From assembly GCF_004010195.1 (NCBI RefSeq), contig NC_057757.1, forward strand, positions 5,816,532 to 5,879,844: 63,313 bases of DNA, in the 5' to 3' direction. Source of the DNA: Chiloscyllium plagiosum (Eukaryota). The notes under the pieces were generated by a model. That model was given only the letters and a program-made list of their open reading frames with translations. It made no database searches and had not been told where the DNA came from. Made by a program: the position numbers and the translations under genes. Numbering within the stretch: position 1 is the stretch's first letter; every line of letters begins with the position of its first letter. Shown here piece by piece: positions 61,845-63,313 of the stretch.

Positions 61845-63313
61845 TGTTTGCGAGATTTTCATACTACATGCTAAATTGTGTCCATGTGTGTCATGATGAA
61901 GGCTTATAAAATATGGTGAGGACAGTGCAGGAGAGAAAGAGAGAGAGAGAGAGAACCTGCACAGTTACCGCCTTTGATGTTTGAATTCGTGTATCGCTGG
62001 ACATCGGAGTGCCTCTGGGGAAATTAACAAACAGTGAAATTCACAACTAATCTTGGAGGAACTGTTGGGCGAAGTTCACAGAACAGAGTCAGATAAGTTA
62101 ATTGTTGTTTTAAGTCTGTCCAAGAGAAAGGCTGCAGTAGTGGGTACAGTGGATTCTTTCTTGATTATATGTTTTTGGAGATAAGTCTCTTGATTAAACT
62201 TAAAATATAAGTCACAGCTATTAATTTAACCTGGGGCAGTGTTTGTAGAGGAATAAGACGGTGTTATTTTCTGGGTCTGTAGATTGTGAAGGAGCAAAAA
62301 TGGACTTTGCAGTGATATGTACTTAGAGTCAGAGATGTACAGCATGGAAACAGACCCTTCGGTCCACCCCGTCCATGCCGACCAGGTATCCCAACCCAAT
62401 CTAGTCCCACCTGCCAGCACCCGGCCCATATCCCTCCAAACCCTTCCTATTCATATAGCCATCCAAATGCCTTTGTTGTAATTGTATCAGCCTCCCCCAC
62501 ATCCTTCGGCAGCTCATTCCACACACGTACCACCCTCTGCATGAAAACGCTGCCCCTTTAGGTCTCTTTTATATCTTCCCCCTCTCACCCTAATCCTATG
62601 CCCTCTAGTACTGGACTCCCCAACCCCAGGGAAAAGACTTTGCCTATCTACCCTATCCATGCCCCTCAATTTTGTAAACCTCTAGAAGGTCACCCCTCAG
62701 CCTCCGGCGCTCCAGGGAAAACAGCCCCAGCCTGTTCAGCCTCTCCCTGTAGCTCAGATCCTCCAATCCTGGCAACATCCTTGTAAATCTTTTCTGAACC
62801 CTTTCAAGTTTCACAACATCTCTCCGAAAGGAAGGAGACCAGAATTGCACGCAATATTCCAACAGTGTATTTAAGATCCAGTCTCAGACAAATGTGTGTG
62901 GAGTTTGCACATTTTCCCCGTGTCTGCTTGTCAGATGTGGGAGTTTAAAGAGAGTTTAAGGGTTACTGCGGATTATATCTGGCATAAATGCTGTTGGATG
63001 CAAATCTTATCAGATCGAGTGGATCAGTTGGAGAGACAAATAGAAAGCGATGAGGAATTTGCAACAGCTACAGTATGTGATGGATGGCAGTTATAGGAAG
63101 GGGGGAAAGTCTCAGATACAGTCACATAGATGGGTTAACTCCAGGAAGGGTAAGAGAGGTAGGCAGCTTGAGCAGGAGTCTTTTGTGGCTATACCCATTT
63201 CAAACAGGTAAGCTGTTTAGGAAAATGTAGAGGGTGATGGATTCTCAGGGGAACGTAGCACAAACAGCCAAGTTTCTGGTATTGAGACTGGCTCTCATGC
63301 AACGAGGAGTACG
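61845..63313 (+). mobile_element. 5' end of a CR1 LINE (5'UTR and ORF1 zinc-finger/coiled coil), interrupted by an antisense CR1 3' fragment (62325-62866) and an HE1 scrap
   Basis: ATG at 62300 MDFAVICT... rejoins CQMWEFKESLRVTADYIWHKCCWMQILSDRVDQLERQIE at ~62928; inserted fragment has ORF 62653..62862 EYCVQFWSP...RRLRGDL. Confidence 0.7.

Overview
Vertebrate genomic DNA, very probably from a cartilaginous fish (shark), judged by its repeat content: HE1/V-SINEs, CR1 LINEs, Penelope-like elements, Deu-domain SINEs and a ~65-bp minisatellite. It has five N-gaps. The left half holds a complete + strand G-protein beta subunit gene, best matching GNB2: 9 coding exons from 1573 to 28538, all GT-AG introns, 1023 nt = 340 aa + stop, and probably a ~6.4 kb 3'UTR ending near AATAAA at 34920. 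The right half is mostly nested retroelements plus one isolated minus-strand lysyl hydroxylase (PLOD, probably PLOD3) exon at 54221-54384, whose downstream exons I could not find. The most notable non-coding signal is a set of minimal hammerhead-ribozyme motifs (CUGANGA-stem II-GAAA-palindromic stem III) at the ends of at least two Penelope-like families. These motifs covary between families, often sit in inverted pairs, and their elements border three of the five gaps. Almost all ORFs in the supplied track are spurious or retroelement remnants. Repeat boundaries are approximate, and family names come from recalled consensus sequences, not database searches.
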